DNA of 64,000 nucleotides from Perkinsus olseni (Eukaryota): NCBI GenBank assembly GCA_013115125.1, contig JABANN010000075.1, positions 1 to 64,000 of the forward strand, read 5' to 3'. Shown piece by piece: positions 28,349 to 44,497 of this stretch (position 1 is its first letter; each line of letters starts with the position of its first letter). The notes under the pieces were generated by a model. It saw only the letters and a program-made list of their open reading frames with translations, ran no database searches and was not told where the DNA came from. The position numbers and the translations under genes were made by a program.

Positions 28349-31300
28349 ATGTTGCGGGTATTGCTACTGATATCGTGTATGTTGGGCTCTACTCTAGCCC
28401 AAGTCTCAATATCAGCTATCACACCAAGTGGGTGCCGCAACGGCATTGTCGTTGTCATTGTGTTATGCGGGGGTGATAGCCATTCTGCAGGTCCTGGGAG
28501 TACTCTCAGGAGCGAACCTATTCAAGTAGTCTTCTCTGAGTCTATCATCAAGTTCGGTACAGATCTGAGCGTATCTGCCTTGCCCAATGGATCACCCATC
28601 ATACTGGAAGTGAGCTCCTCGTTATCTTCTTACAATCTCCACTATGCATCATCTCAGTCTTCCGGCGAGACCTCCCCTACTGAGTTTGGCCGGTGGAGAT
28701 GGGTAACAACATCAATACTCAGGTTTGATGTTGAGGATGAGGTATCGTCCACTAACCATCGTTAGAAATACAGTGCTACTTTGTCGTAGCTCTGGCCAGG
28801 CGACCTACGCATATCTTTCAAGTTGAATGAGACTTTCACCTCTTACAGAGGGAGAACAATTGTATCGGAGGAGTGATGAGAAGACTAATAACGGCTCCTG
28901 ACCTCTCATTGGATTTCAGAGAAGTACCCTCATGGATGACGCAATCACTCGGTCTCCGTGCTATTGAAATGAACAGTGAGCTTGCCTATAACGCCACCGA
29001 CGGAGCATGGCGAAGCAGCGTAATGATTGTCGCTACCGCTGCTGTCCATTATCATTTATGCGTCTTGCTTTTCAGCTCGGATACATTGGAAGTGACCATT
29101 CGAATAAGTACGAGACACCTCCTGATTCTATCATAACCATATGGACGGATAGGCCTGTAGACAGTACCCTGGTCTCGGTTCCGGGGCTTCTCACCTGCGA
29201 TGATATCACCGTGCTCTACTCGGATCCCCCCACTCCACATCCCTGTCGTGTCCCTGGCTCGAAGGAGAACTTGGTTACATGCTTCAACATCACATTGTCA
29301 AAGGCATTAGCTCCAGGAGAGGAGTGTGGCTTGGCCCTCTCCCGAGCGATGCCCTATACCCAACATTCGGGTGCATGGCGTGGTGAGATATCCACCATCC
29401 TCACCGGGTATATCCCCTTCCAGTTCCTATTCCATGACCGTGAATACTATCATGAGATGTCATCCAGCCGTCTATCCTTAGCTATCCAACATGGTCTCCC
29501 CTCGGGCACCGACCTCACCTCAGTCATTGCACTAACGCCGCCGGTAGCAGAGTATAAGGCAGTGGTCAGGAACAAGTCTAGGGTGGTGTTGAGCGGTAAG
29601 TTCGAGCCTGGTGTTCAGTACACAGCAGAAGTCACTCCTCCTACCTCGCCTCTTACGGACAATGTCGGCATGGTGTTGACGGGATCAACAGGTAGCTTCA
29701 TTATGGCGGAAGAGAATCCTGGCCTGGTCCATAAAGTTGACGGCTATGATGTTACCCAATTCCCTCTACACGACAGATCCCGAGGCTTCCCAATGCTGAC
29801 TAGAGTCTCCGAGCGATGGGGCGTCACTACGTGCCCGGTCACTTTCGATAACCTACCCCAAGCCTTGCAAGTCGTCTTCAGCCATGGGAGGGATACCAGT
29901 AGGTACAACCCCTGCCGGAGTGTCGACACGATGACCAGCATGCTACAACTATCCCCTGGCATCACACAGCTCCTCAATCATACCACAGCTTATCCGTCTA
30001 ACGTCAGTATCATCATGGTTACTGACAATAGCCGACCTCAATGGTATCATACCACTCGTTTAATCACGGCATCAACTTTGCAGGCCCTCCTATCACCAGT
30101 AGCGATCAGTGGTAGCGCATTGAGCTGTAAGAGAGGGCATGCCTCGCTGCAGAACGTATCAGGACTGCATGTGCAGCTAACACATCCCTTAGTGGCCGAT
30201 GTGCAGCTTTGGGGTAGCAACACTGATGAGGCCGTGTACGCCGCTACCACGGACCCACTCGGGTATGTCTTCGTACCGTCCTGTCCGAAGTGTCTACAAC
30301 AGTCCCTCTCGGTCGTAGTCTCAATCGATGGCCAAGTGGTGTACATACACCCTGCACGAATCTACCTCGACAGTGGTACTACCTTCGACGACCACCAGGA
30401 GAGCCGCTCTGTCGCGCTACATGCTACTCTCATCCCCGACCGGGCACTCTATGCTCCTGGTGGGGTATTGGCAATGGCAGGATGGGTAGTCTCCTCGACT
30501 CTTACGTGTCTAGCATGTCAACCAGTAGATCTCACAAACTATGAGTTCAATCTCACGGTCACCTGGTCCCAGACCCTACCCCAGTCAGTTATCCCTTTAT
30601 CTGTTAACGACGAGGGCAACGTGGATCCAGTCAATATTCCAATACCGAGATCTGTCCCTCTAGGATCTCAGCCAGCGTTCGATATGAGCTGCAGCATCAG
30701 ACCATCTTCGATGGACGATTCACCGGGGGTCGCACCTCGCCACGGCTGTGAGATATTCAGAGTAGATGTTCCTGAGCTGCTCATAGCTGAGCCGAGAGTG
30801 CCCATTGCTGTGATGGACCTCACTCTACCCACATCCATCACAGTCAGCGATGCGCTTTCCTCCAACGATACTTACGTGACTATCGCCACCTACAGCGGTA
30901 CACCTCTGCCTGGCACTACAGTAGATGTGACTCTAACGCTTCGAGACTCTATCGATGGTGCACCGCACTGTGGTCATTCACCTGAGAGCTATACCACTTA
31001 TGCTGCTACATATGAGACTGACAAAGACGGTGTTGCTCAAATCGCCCTGTTCGATAGTGGAAGCGATCTAGGACGGCCTTGGAGCGAGGGACAGACTATC
31101 GAGGTAAGGAAATCTAGCCTTCATTAACTGCGCCAGAAGTACGCCTCTCCAGATTAAAGCGTTCGCTCGAGATCCTCTTGGCGCCGTACTGAGTGCAACC
31201 GCGAGCATAACGATTGATCACCCGTTGCTGCGGCTGAACCCATTACAACTATCGGTCACCGACCCCCTCCCTGGTATCAAGTTTGATGCCTTAACTGGAA

Positions 31301-34300
31301 TCACTGCAACAGGGGACAATGACGTAGCCTCACTCGACGGACTGCTCACCACTCGGTAAGAGTTATGAGCTTCGTTTATTGGTGTGTCCAATATCTCGTC
31401 ATAGCTCCTATATGGTACATGATGCAACGTGCAAGGAAGCTAGGACTGCCGTCTCGCAAGGCCGCCATCAATCTCAATACAACTGCTCCATCACCTTCCC
31501 GACCGGGATGGTCCATTGCCCGATGATGATCGCTGACATGGCTACTTCCGAACTTTTTGCTATTGTCATAGAGGTGAGCTCCGCCCATCTCAGAGGCCGA
31601 CTCAGAGCTTCAGTAGGTGGATACACTTAATGGAAACCCTCCCGTGAGAGGCTGTCGAGAGGTAACTTTACCAGCACACAAGCTCACCTCCTATGCGTTC
31701 CCTATGGAGTCCCTTCGATGCTCGGCTGAACTGCTGAATGGTAGGAGTACTCTGCGCATCCTGCATAGTAGGCATAGCTTGTGTTCGTTAGAGTCCACTG
31801 CCCTGCCCCACGTTGAGGTGGTGATGTCCTGCTCCAACCCATACCCAAATGCGCAGGAGAACACCTTCATATGGTAGGATAACAGCCCGCCAACGTGTTC
31901 CGTGGCTACCTACCCCCTTTCTTAGGGTAACCTGGCCCGGAGGCCACACGGGGATAGTCACTGTGGACACGGAGCTAGATACCATCAGCAAGGTCCTCGA
32001 GTTGGACAACATATCAGCCTTGGGTAGTGCCTGTGAGGCTTCTACTTTTCACATAGTCATCAGGCAACTCGGTAACGCTATCAGCATACGTGTGGCAAGC
32101 TGTGACCGAAGCACCGTTCAGCCTCGTCAACAGCTCGATACATGATGGAAGTGCAGTCATGCCTGACTGGAGCGGCCCCAGGTCATCACTCTACCCTGCA
32201 CAGCTCGTCCACGCCATGGCATAGCGTAGGTACACCAGCGGCAAAGCCACCTTGGATATGAAGGGATATCTCTCTCTCCCGCATCGGACCTATGACGCTT
32301 CCTTCTCCATTCATACTGACCAAGAGGAGTACTCCCCCGGCGATGAAGTAGCATGCTACTAAGCGTTGGCATAGGACAACAACTGCTGCTGAGCTGTAGG
32401 TCGCGGTATCCATAATGGGGGGAGTACCCAATGGTTCGGTCATTATAGCAGTGGTGGACCAGGGCATACTGGACTTCAGGCCTCTGACGAACCCTGACAC
32501 AGTAGAGGGCATCATTGGTACCAATATCGTCATCATCTTTCTTCCTCAACCATACCCTATCACCACGATCAGGTATGCTCGGTACTGCATCGAGCAGAAT
32601 GATTGACTCCCACTCGTTCATAGCATCTTCCAAGACGTTTTGGGATAATGCGCAACATCTTTGGGGTATAGCTAGTGAGGATCCTTGGTTTGGGGTGGGG
32701 AGCACGTCTGCGATGCCATCCACCTTCCACAACACCAATGACAGGTAAGCTTCGATCCCTACTGGTTGGATGATGAATATACAGTCCACCTCGACACCCC
32801 GGCTTTTGAGCAACCCTTGGGACCAGGCAATTATAAGAGGTAGCTCTCGTCCTGCTCCTACTCCAAGAGGCTATCAGTCCTTGTATCACAACCTGACTCT
32901 CAGCTATTACCCGAACCGTCGGCCAGGGTATCAGCGATGGAGATGCCCGCATATTGAGAGGGGTATCGGACGCGAAGAAGTGTATGCTCTAGAGAACATG
33001 AACATGGATGGTAGGTGTCCCGTTCAGTTTCTTTTCGGACGCTACTGATTTAGCACCGGGTGTATCTCCTGCAGCGGGCAGGATGCCCCCCGAACAAGGC
33101 GCTGCTGCGGCTCCTCCTCCTTCGCCAAGAGTCCCCCGCCTAGGTAGAGTAGGGAAACACACGTTAGTGGACCCTGATGGCGCTCCTTCCATCACAGTTT
33201 CGGATACACCTAGCACACTCTACTTCGATATCCTCGAGCTAACCTCAGCTGGGGATGCTAACGTAAGCTTTACACTCGGGCAGGAAAGGACGAAGTAGTC
33301 GTAGTGGGGATAGGCAGGACTCTACTCTGCATCCCGCAGATACAAGATAAGTGCTTACATGATCGGTTACGATCACACAACAACCGTAGCAGCTACAGAC
33401 CTCAAGGCCGTAGCCCAGGTGGCCGACGCAAGCACTTCCATCACAGTGGCATCTCCTATATACATGGAACCCTACATACCCCGATCGTTGCGGTAAACAC
33501 TGTCGCCATACACCGAATGACGTCTTTGGCAGGATAACCGATGAGCCAGTGATGGGTGTTGCCCTCATATCCACTCATTATACTACACAACAGCTTCACC
33601 AAATGAACCTTACGGTAAGAGGCAGTCGATAATGGGATGAGTCCCGTAACAGCTCCCCTATCCCTTCAGGTGGTGGTGAGTAACATGTCTACTGGAATTT
33701 TTCCAACTGTGGATGCTTCATACAGCAGTGACCTGCTCGCCCTACCAGGGAATGCTGGAGTACTGTACGCTCTATTCAAGATGCCCGTGGTATCCACTCT
33801 GAACATCGACGACACTACAGACAGCAGGGGTTGGGTGAGGCGTGGTCAGGCCAAACCACGAGTCGTAGTAGTTGTCTTGCAGGTACACTACACCCTTTAT
33901 GACACCACAGGGGTCATCATTGATGAAATAATAGTACGGATACTCATTGGTCCACACAGCCATCCGATCGTCATAGGCAGTAGTCGAGCTATAGCAGCTC
34001 CGGGAGTGGTAGTACTACTACAGGCCATGCAACAGGGGCAGTGTGCCTTCTAGTGGGAGGAACATCTCCAGCTCCCTGAGTATATACCATCGGCATCTCA
34101 AGTACGGCTATCAGCAGAGTCATCGTTTTATCCAAGAATCATCGAACATTGCCACCGCACTGCCTTCACCCCATACAACATGTATGATGAGGATAAAGGA
34201 GATATACGAACAGATCTCCTCATCGCCACTCTATACTGCTTGGGTAGTGCATCGTCATCATCGTCATTATGCGGAGCTGGCATGAGACAGGCGCTGTGGG

Positions 34301-36810
34301 AGCGGAGGATGTCTCCTTGGGTGGTGAGCATGATTCGGCGACTCTGAGGAACGAACTCCTCCATCAACTCATACACATCCATACTGTGGGTGGTGTACTC
34401 AAATGGAGTAGAAGTATGTCCACTGCTATACGCTCTGTTATAGCCTCTCCTCTACTACCCTCAGATTCCCCCTATCCATCTTACGTCAGCATCTGGCTCC
34501 ATTCCCTCGCCATCATCGCCTTGAGAGGCCATACCCAGTCACAATACAGTGTCGCTCGTACCACTTGGCTCAAGGCTGCCATCGACTCTATAAAGGACAC
34601 TCTGGACCGATTCCCTGATGCCCGCCCTTACAACGATGTTGCTCGGCTATACCATGCTACTGGTCAGATAGCCCCACTTGAAGTCCTACACGTTCTGGTT
34701 CAGGTAGCAGTCACTTCGATGGCTTACCACTCCCCTACTCCAAGATCGACTCTTTTAAGGAGGTATTGACCCCTTTAGACAGTATGACTGCATGGCTCTT
34801 GATGAGAGTAACCGTTGGGGAGCTCTCAAGTGAGGATGCCCAGGCAGTTATATGGAACAATATACGTGTCAGCAGCAGCGAGACTGCGTACGTACGGGGC
34901 TGCCTTACCCGGCTGAACTCTCATGATCGTAGATACATAGCTCGTCCAGGGCAACCATCACCACTACCGGACCATCTGCAGGCCTTAGCCTTGCATCTGG
35001 CTACCGTCAATAACGAACAACAACAAGAGGAGAGTATAGACATGCTGCAGCAGCAGCACCACCGGGCTTCTCACTGATCATTCAGGACGGGAACTCCTAT
35101 GGAGAGTTGGAGTATGGCTGGGGCAGGGTGGTGTGGAGGCCAAGTGGGGTGGTATATACAGTCAAGGGTAACAACAGCGGGGTGTTGACGGCATGCACGC
35201 TTGTATTAGCTTCTCTACTGAGACTTTACTCTTCGCAATAGAGGCCTTCACAGTACTGGATGAATCCATGGCTAATGACACCCCGCAGATAGAGGTGGGG
35301 GTGCTACTGGCGTAGTGAAGCAACTAAGCTCGAGCTGCTTAGATGACTGTATCCGATGGAGATGGTGATACTATATGGGAGACTTCTCTCACCGAGGAGA
35401 ACCCCGTCTCGGGCAGTCTATGGTTGCCAACAGTCAATTCGACTAGCACTGCTGTACAGCCCGACAGCAGTGGCTATGAAGGGCCCCTGATGTGAGCGTG
35501 GGATGGCTACGGTGAGGCCTGGAATAGCAGACCAACCTCAGATGGAACATCACTGGTACTGGAACGGCCTTCACCTTCCTTACCGCCAACATACTCCCGA
35601 AGCACCCATTCGCGTGGCCAATTGACAGGGGCTTCACCGTCCGCAAGTTCATCCAAGTGAAGCCAGGATCATCACCCGATACCTCACTCCAGACGTCTCC
35701 TCTCTCCCGCTTCAGCTATTTGATGTCTCTACGGGGCAGTGTACAGGGGGCATGCTAACCTCGGCTGTGACGGGGCAGCTAGTCTGCATTACCATCAACA
35801 TCGAATCAGACGATGATGTCCGCTCGCTCATAGTGGAGGTAACGGTATTCGCACGCGATGCTCACAAGCTCTAGGCTTTAGGATCTGTCCCCCAGTGGCC
35901 TCGAGCCTCTGGATGAGAACATCGACTCTCTCGACATTAAGACAGCAGGCTCATCCTCATCAGGAGCACCTGACTACTACCATTGTATTCCCAGAAATAG
36001 TGCAGTATCAGTCCACACCCTCAATATGATCAGATGAGGGTCAGCACAGTGCATACAGCGTTAACTCAAGAACGCCTCTGATATGTGCTAACTCACGTTG
36101 GTGGCTGCCTTGCAGGAGGATCACTAAACGGACGGGCAAGGATACTGTGTTATGGGAAATAGATGGAATATCGTCACGAGAAGGTCTAACATTGAGGTCA
36201 TGGCCTCGAATAATAACTACAGGATTTACTCGATCATGTCCAGTACTCAGTTACTTGGCTACTGCCAATGTGCCTGGAGATTATGGATTACCTCAGACTA
36301 GGTGTTATGATACATCCAATCCAACCTATATGGGTATGTCAGGATACTCGAGGTAGAGTATGCAATACTACGCCCCTCCCCACTATCGTAGTCTCACGAC
36401 TAAGCGGCAGATTCGCTGTTACGGTACCCGGCGGCACGCTCTCGGTTATACCCACCGGTACACCAGAGATAGCCCGTCGAGCACTCCTAGGAGAGGGTGG
36501 GACGGATTGTGTCGGGAGGAGGCCATTAGATTCCAGCTGGTGAGGAGGGTCCGCGCGGGTAACATGAGGCTTCGAGTGGGAAGGCGGCTTTTCTAGGTGT
36601 GACTTATCAAGCGGAGATTGGATGTGCGGGACAGCTCGGTGCACGGATGAGGCCACCAATCTGCAAGGCTGCTCTGGTGGATCCGATGGACAAGTGGCCT
36701 GCACTGGTTCCTTACGGAATTTAACATCTGCCACTACTCGGACCCCATTCAGCTCACATTGGATAGATTGCCTCACACTGGTCACATTAGTATGGGTTAT
36801 TGAAGTGTAG
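28349..36810 (+). CDS. Bacterial-type alpha-2-macroglobulin family protein, signal peptide plus hydrophobic C-terminus, multi-exon
   Basis: Signal peptide MLRVLLLISCMLGSTLA; Ig-like start PIQVVFSESI...GRWRWVTTSILRF; MG2-like LIPDRALYAPGG; VIIAVVDQGILDF; low-complexity bait-like stretch; C-terminal YLATANVPGDYGLPQTRCYD..NP..MGMS. Confidence 0.75.
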
Positions 36811-37119
36811 CAGCAGCATGCAGTATATATCAATGTTGATATCATGACGATGTGAAGTTGTTAACGCTTACATGGCTTCCCTATAAGCTTCTTCTCAAGC
36901 ATGCCGGGAAGTATTGAGTTATACGAGTGTAGTGCGCAAGATAACAAGAGGAGCGGCGAAGCCCACTCCTCACTCCTAAATGTCTTCAAGTCTTCAATGT
37001 CCTCTATCCACTAGAAATCAACAGCACATGTGATAAAAGTATGGTGACTGATAGCTGCTCGATAGCATGGGATATTCAGTTACGACACATGCACGTTCCA
37101 TAAGCCAGCACTAATTAGA

Positions 37120-39106
37120 TCACGAAGTCTGATCCTCACAGACCCTCGAACGCTTTCCAGACCCTGACAGCCTTGCCGACCTACGCCTCTTGAACGTCGG
37201 TGGGGACTTCATTTTGGTGACCGCCTTCTGAGGCATTGGGCTACCCTCCTCGATCACCGTATAATCACTCACATCAGGTGTTGGTGTTCCAGCTAGAGGT
37301 CCCTCACATGCCTCTCCGGTTGGGGCTGGTGATGATGAAGCTGGTTCACTAACAAGCTCCACCTGATGAATGTCTACAACATACAGCACGCCTGCTGATG
37401 CATCATACCCCATCGATGACGTCTTGGTTGATGGCAGAGGGAGAGTGCGCTGCGCCTACTCCTCCCCCCAAATGCGCGGCACCTGATTCGGCTATTATAC
37501 ACTGTCTCGGAGTCTAGCACGACGTGACAAGTTTACTTTTGCGTCGGGCAGTACGGGCAACTGCTTCATTGGTCTTACGGATAGCAGCACTAGGATGCAT
37601 AGTGGCGGAATACCTTAGCGACCATGATGAGCGAGGGTTAGGATAAAGGCCGTTACCTCGAGAAGTGCCTTCTAGTTGGAGGCAACGCGAACTGGCCGAG
37701 GAGCTCGTCGGCCTTAGCTGCTAATGTTGTGGCTTCAGGCGGGGAATTCTCCTGTGGAAGAACAACTCTCGCATGACATTCTACAGGCGGTAACTAGTAC
37801 CTCTTCTAGGCCCTCCTCGGCCCCTGCCTTCTTCACTTCGGATACTGGTGTCATCCTATTGAGTGTGTCATCAAAGCGAGAGGCCAAGTCAGCCGGAGAC
37901 GCCAGCAGGCCGATCTTGTCACTCACCAAGGAAACTAACAGTAGTCCATGAAGTGGTGATGATGGTGAAGGCAGTGAGAGCATTACCATGGCCCTTCTTA
38001 GGGGCTAAGCACTCGTCTACGTGGAAGTCGTGTACTCGAGGTGTAGCTAGCTCCTACGTAATGTAGGATCCTACTAACTGCTCAGCACCTGCCATCCTGC
38101 TCACCTGGCCCATGATACATTCTGATAATCTCCTACTCTTACTACCGATAGACGATAGACCTAACCAAGGCGTCCTCTAGTCATAACCACCTTCACGCCA
38201 TCATAACCTGTCTGGATCTCGACGCTTTTGTCTGTATAACGTTTTACTGGTATGTTGGATAATCGATTAGTATTATTGACGGCAGTAGAAGCTGAATACC
38301 TACGGCCTAGGATGAGAGGCGAGGGATCCACACCACAGACCACATGACCTCATGAACCTGCGGTTTGGCATGAGTGGACGAGCTGCAGAGTTGCTGCTAC
38401 TGCTACTGGCAGCAGCACCAGCAGCAAGCGTCTTCCCGGGTACAGCGTCTATGGTCAAGCCTGCCTCATCCGATGCTTCATCACTGATCATACTTTAATT
38501 GGAATATATAAAGAACTATGTTCATCTGCGTGGAGACTAAACACAGCTATACGATGGCACAGAAATCTACCTACGGATACCGTACCAGCCCCTGCTGGCA
38601 ATAATAATGACATAATACAAGATAGTGCATCGAAGGCACGCTCATGCAGGCGTATCTACTGCGTGCCTTATGGCCAATATAGGATAGCGTACCCTACCTC
38701 ATAAGGCCGGTTACTCTGTACCGTACCGAGAATACTGGTATCAGCTACCTTATCAATAGGGATTAGCTGCACCCCTTCACACCGTCCCCGTACTGTAGGG
38801 TATCCCTGGATGAGGAGGGGCTCTCTGATAGTAGAGATACTGTCATTACTCTAGCTTCCTTGAGGCCTCCTTTGCCATAACCCCACCATGCATGGCTATT
38901 ATGTACTGTATCTGCTGTAGTCAGTATCCCTATCCGATACGTATTAACACTGCTATACCTCCAAAAGGGTGGGCAGCAGCACACCCCGGTTCATGAGGGT
39001 TCACCGCGCATAGCTTGTTTCGTATCATCGTGTCAATTGCCTGTGATATACCATTCATAGGACAGGGTACATCAGCAGCAGCATTAGCTTGTGTAATGTG
39101 TGCCAT
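37120..39106 (-). CDS. Hypothetical protein, multi-exon (boundaries approximate)
   Basis: A chain of minus-strand ORFs separated by short GT-AG introns, from MAHITQANAA to PPTFKRRRSARLSGSGKRSRVCEDQTS*. It has a C-terminal basic NLS-like patch and no recognised domain. Confidence 0.45.
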
Positions 39107-39266
39107 GAAACCTGAAGTAAGTGGTCAACATTAGCGCTGGATCTTGCGCTCTTGGACGGCGGAGCGAAGCCTTTTACGGAGCGCGTTGCGTTGCTGCTGC
39201 TGTGGCGCCTGCTGCTGTGGCGGCTGGACGTAGTTCATTATCCATCAGGGTTGTGGACTCCCCATC

Positions 39267-40185
39267 ATGGCATCCTCCACTGAGATGATCCACCTTCGCT
39301 CCTCTCAGGGGGAGGTCTTCGAGGTTGAGGTAGTGCTAGCTGCAACTCCTACCGACCATACTACTGTGGACACAATAGGCCTTGGTCATGCTTCCGATAC
39401 AGCATTCGATACTAATCGGATTAGTCTGATCGTTTTCATTTTTCTCAGCCATCAGTGGCATGCATGTCGAATCTGATCCAGAATATGGTAGAGGATGGAG
39501 GGGTGGATGAGGAGATACCTCTGCCTAACGTTAAGACCGCTATCTTGGCGAAGGTAGGCGGCATGCTTGCCAAGGCCGGGTCGGTCCTGTCGATATATCC
39601 ATTGGGTATGATCATCTTTCTTAAGCATCAGAGGCATTAGTTCGTGCTGTCATCCATCTCGCAGGTGATTGAATACTGTAAGCATCATAAGGACAACCCT
39701 CCTGATGAGATAACCAAACCATTGAAGTCGACAAGTCTTGCCGAGTGCGGAGTCAGTGATTGGGACTGTGAGTTTGTTAATATCGAACAGGTAGGGAGAC
39801 CATATCGGCTGTGTACCGAGTGCAGCTATGCACGTCATCTCTCAAGGAAATCCTATTCGAGCTGATTCTGGCTGCCAATTACTTGGACATCAAGTCATTG
39901 TTAGATCTCTCCTGCGCGAAGGTACGATTATTATACTCTCGACGCTCGAACCCGGGCAGTTCTCCCTGTAGGTTGCATCAATGATCAAGGGCAAGACACC
40001 GGAGGAGATCCGCCAACAATTCAATATCGTCAACGATTTCACACCGGAGGAAGAGGCACAGGTAGGAGGAGTCCTGCTACAGTCGGCAGAGTTCTGCTGG
40101 GTGCCCATCATCTATCCATGATCGGTAGTACTAGTGCTTCGACGTTCAGGTCCGAGAGGAGAATAAGTGGTGTGAGGACGCTTAA
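39267..40185 (+). CDS. SKP1: SKP1 (SCF adaptor), tandem copy 1
   Basis: [99 protein letters not shown]. Confidence 0.96.
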
Positions 40186-40330
40186 TATTATTGCTATAAC
40201 CTGAGTAGTATGCCGGTTTGTGACGATGGCCGCATATCACACACATTCTTTCATCGTGACGGTGTTTTGTTCGAGCGGGCAAGATATCCTTTGTTTGGAC
40301 CGCATTATCAGACTTTTACATTTTGTATAA

Positions 40331-41211
40331 ATGGCTACTGCAGGCAATGCCAACGAGGGAGAGACTGTTAAACTGTCGTCCTCCCAAGGAGAGGTCTTCG
40401 ACGTTCCGGTAATATTTCTATACAGGGGTGTAGACCGGGCGAACCATACCGTATGATGTCAGACCAATGTCGCATGCATGTCGAATCTGATCCAGAATAT
40501 GGTAGAGGATGGAGGGGTGGATGAGGAGATACCTCTGCCTAACGTTAAGACCGCTATCTTGGCGAAGGTAGTGCTCTCGGTGATGTGCGCGATGTCATGC
40601 TAAGAGGGGTCAATATTCTGTAAAATTGTGAAGCTTGCCGGGTGCTCGCATCCTCGCTCCGTGACGTGACGGATATTCGCAGCCTGAAAGGTAATCGAAC
40701 GTCGTTCAGCAGTCATCGCATACTGTAGGTCATCGAGTACTGTAAGCATCATGAGAACAACCCGCCTGACGAGATTAGTAAACCGCTGAAGTCAACTAAC
40801 TTGGCAGAGTGCGGGGTCAGCGATTGGGACTGCGAGTATGTTAACATCGAACAGGTATGATCACCACAGCAATGCCTACTGTTATCGACTGTGGAACTCA
40901 TGGTTTCGTGTATTCATGTAGGAAATGCTATTCGAGTTGATCCTGGCTGCCAACTACATGGACATCAAGCCGTTACTGGACCTTACTTGCGCTAAGGTAA
41001 TAAGTAGTTCACTTGTACTCCCCTACTAGCGGAGGATAGGTTGCATCAATGATCAAGGGTAAAACAACCGAGGAGATCCGCCAGCAGTTCAATATTGTCA
41101 ACGATTTCACACCGGAGGAGGAGGCACAGGTAGTGTTGGGGGTTGGTTGCGTGAGGTGAGTAGCGTTCAACTCAGTTGCGTGAGGAGAACAAGTGGTGTG
41201 AGGACGCGTAG
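40331..41211 (+). CDS. SKP1: SKP1 (SCF adaptor), tandem copy 2
   Basis: [25 protein letters not shown]...[61 protein letters not shown]. Intron positions match copy 1. Confidence 0.95.
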
Positions 41212-41435
41212 ACGATGTGATACAGTGCTTCCCATTGTGTACTATGCTTCATACGATACGACTGTTACTTGTGAATAGTAGGTGGCGAGGGGGTGATGCA
41301 GTTCGGATATAGTATATTACGAACTCTCGAAGGTATCGCGACCCGTAGCTCACTGGGAACTCAGAATCATCATTTGATGAACAGTAGATACGTTCAGGAT
41401 AACGTTGGTAAGAACCTCTCCTATCAGTTGGCAGA

Positions 41436-44368
<2,933 letters not shown>

Positions 44369-44497
44369 TTCAGAGGAGATAGACAGGGACGGAAAGGGTC
44401 AACTGAGAGCTCAAACGCTAGTGCAATGATGCGGAGGATGGCCGCTGTGTTCAGAATATCCACCTTTCCCCACTAGCAACACAACGGAGATTGCTTC

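Noticed and set aside
40568-40728. Possible C/D-box snoRNA in the long SKP1 copy-2 intron
   Set aside because: The C box is imperfect (GTGATGT), there is no clear terminal stem, and I cannot identify an rRNA-complementary guide.
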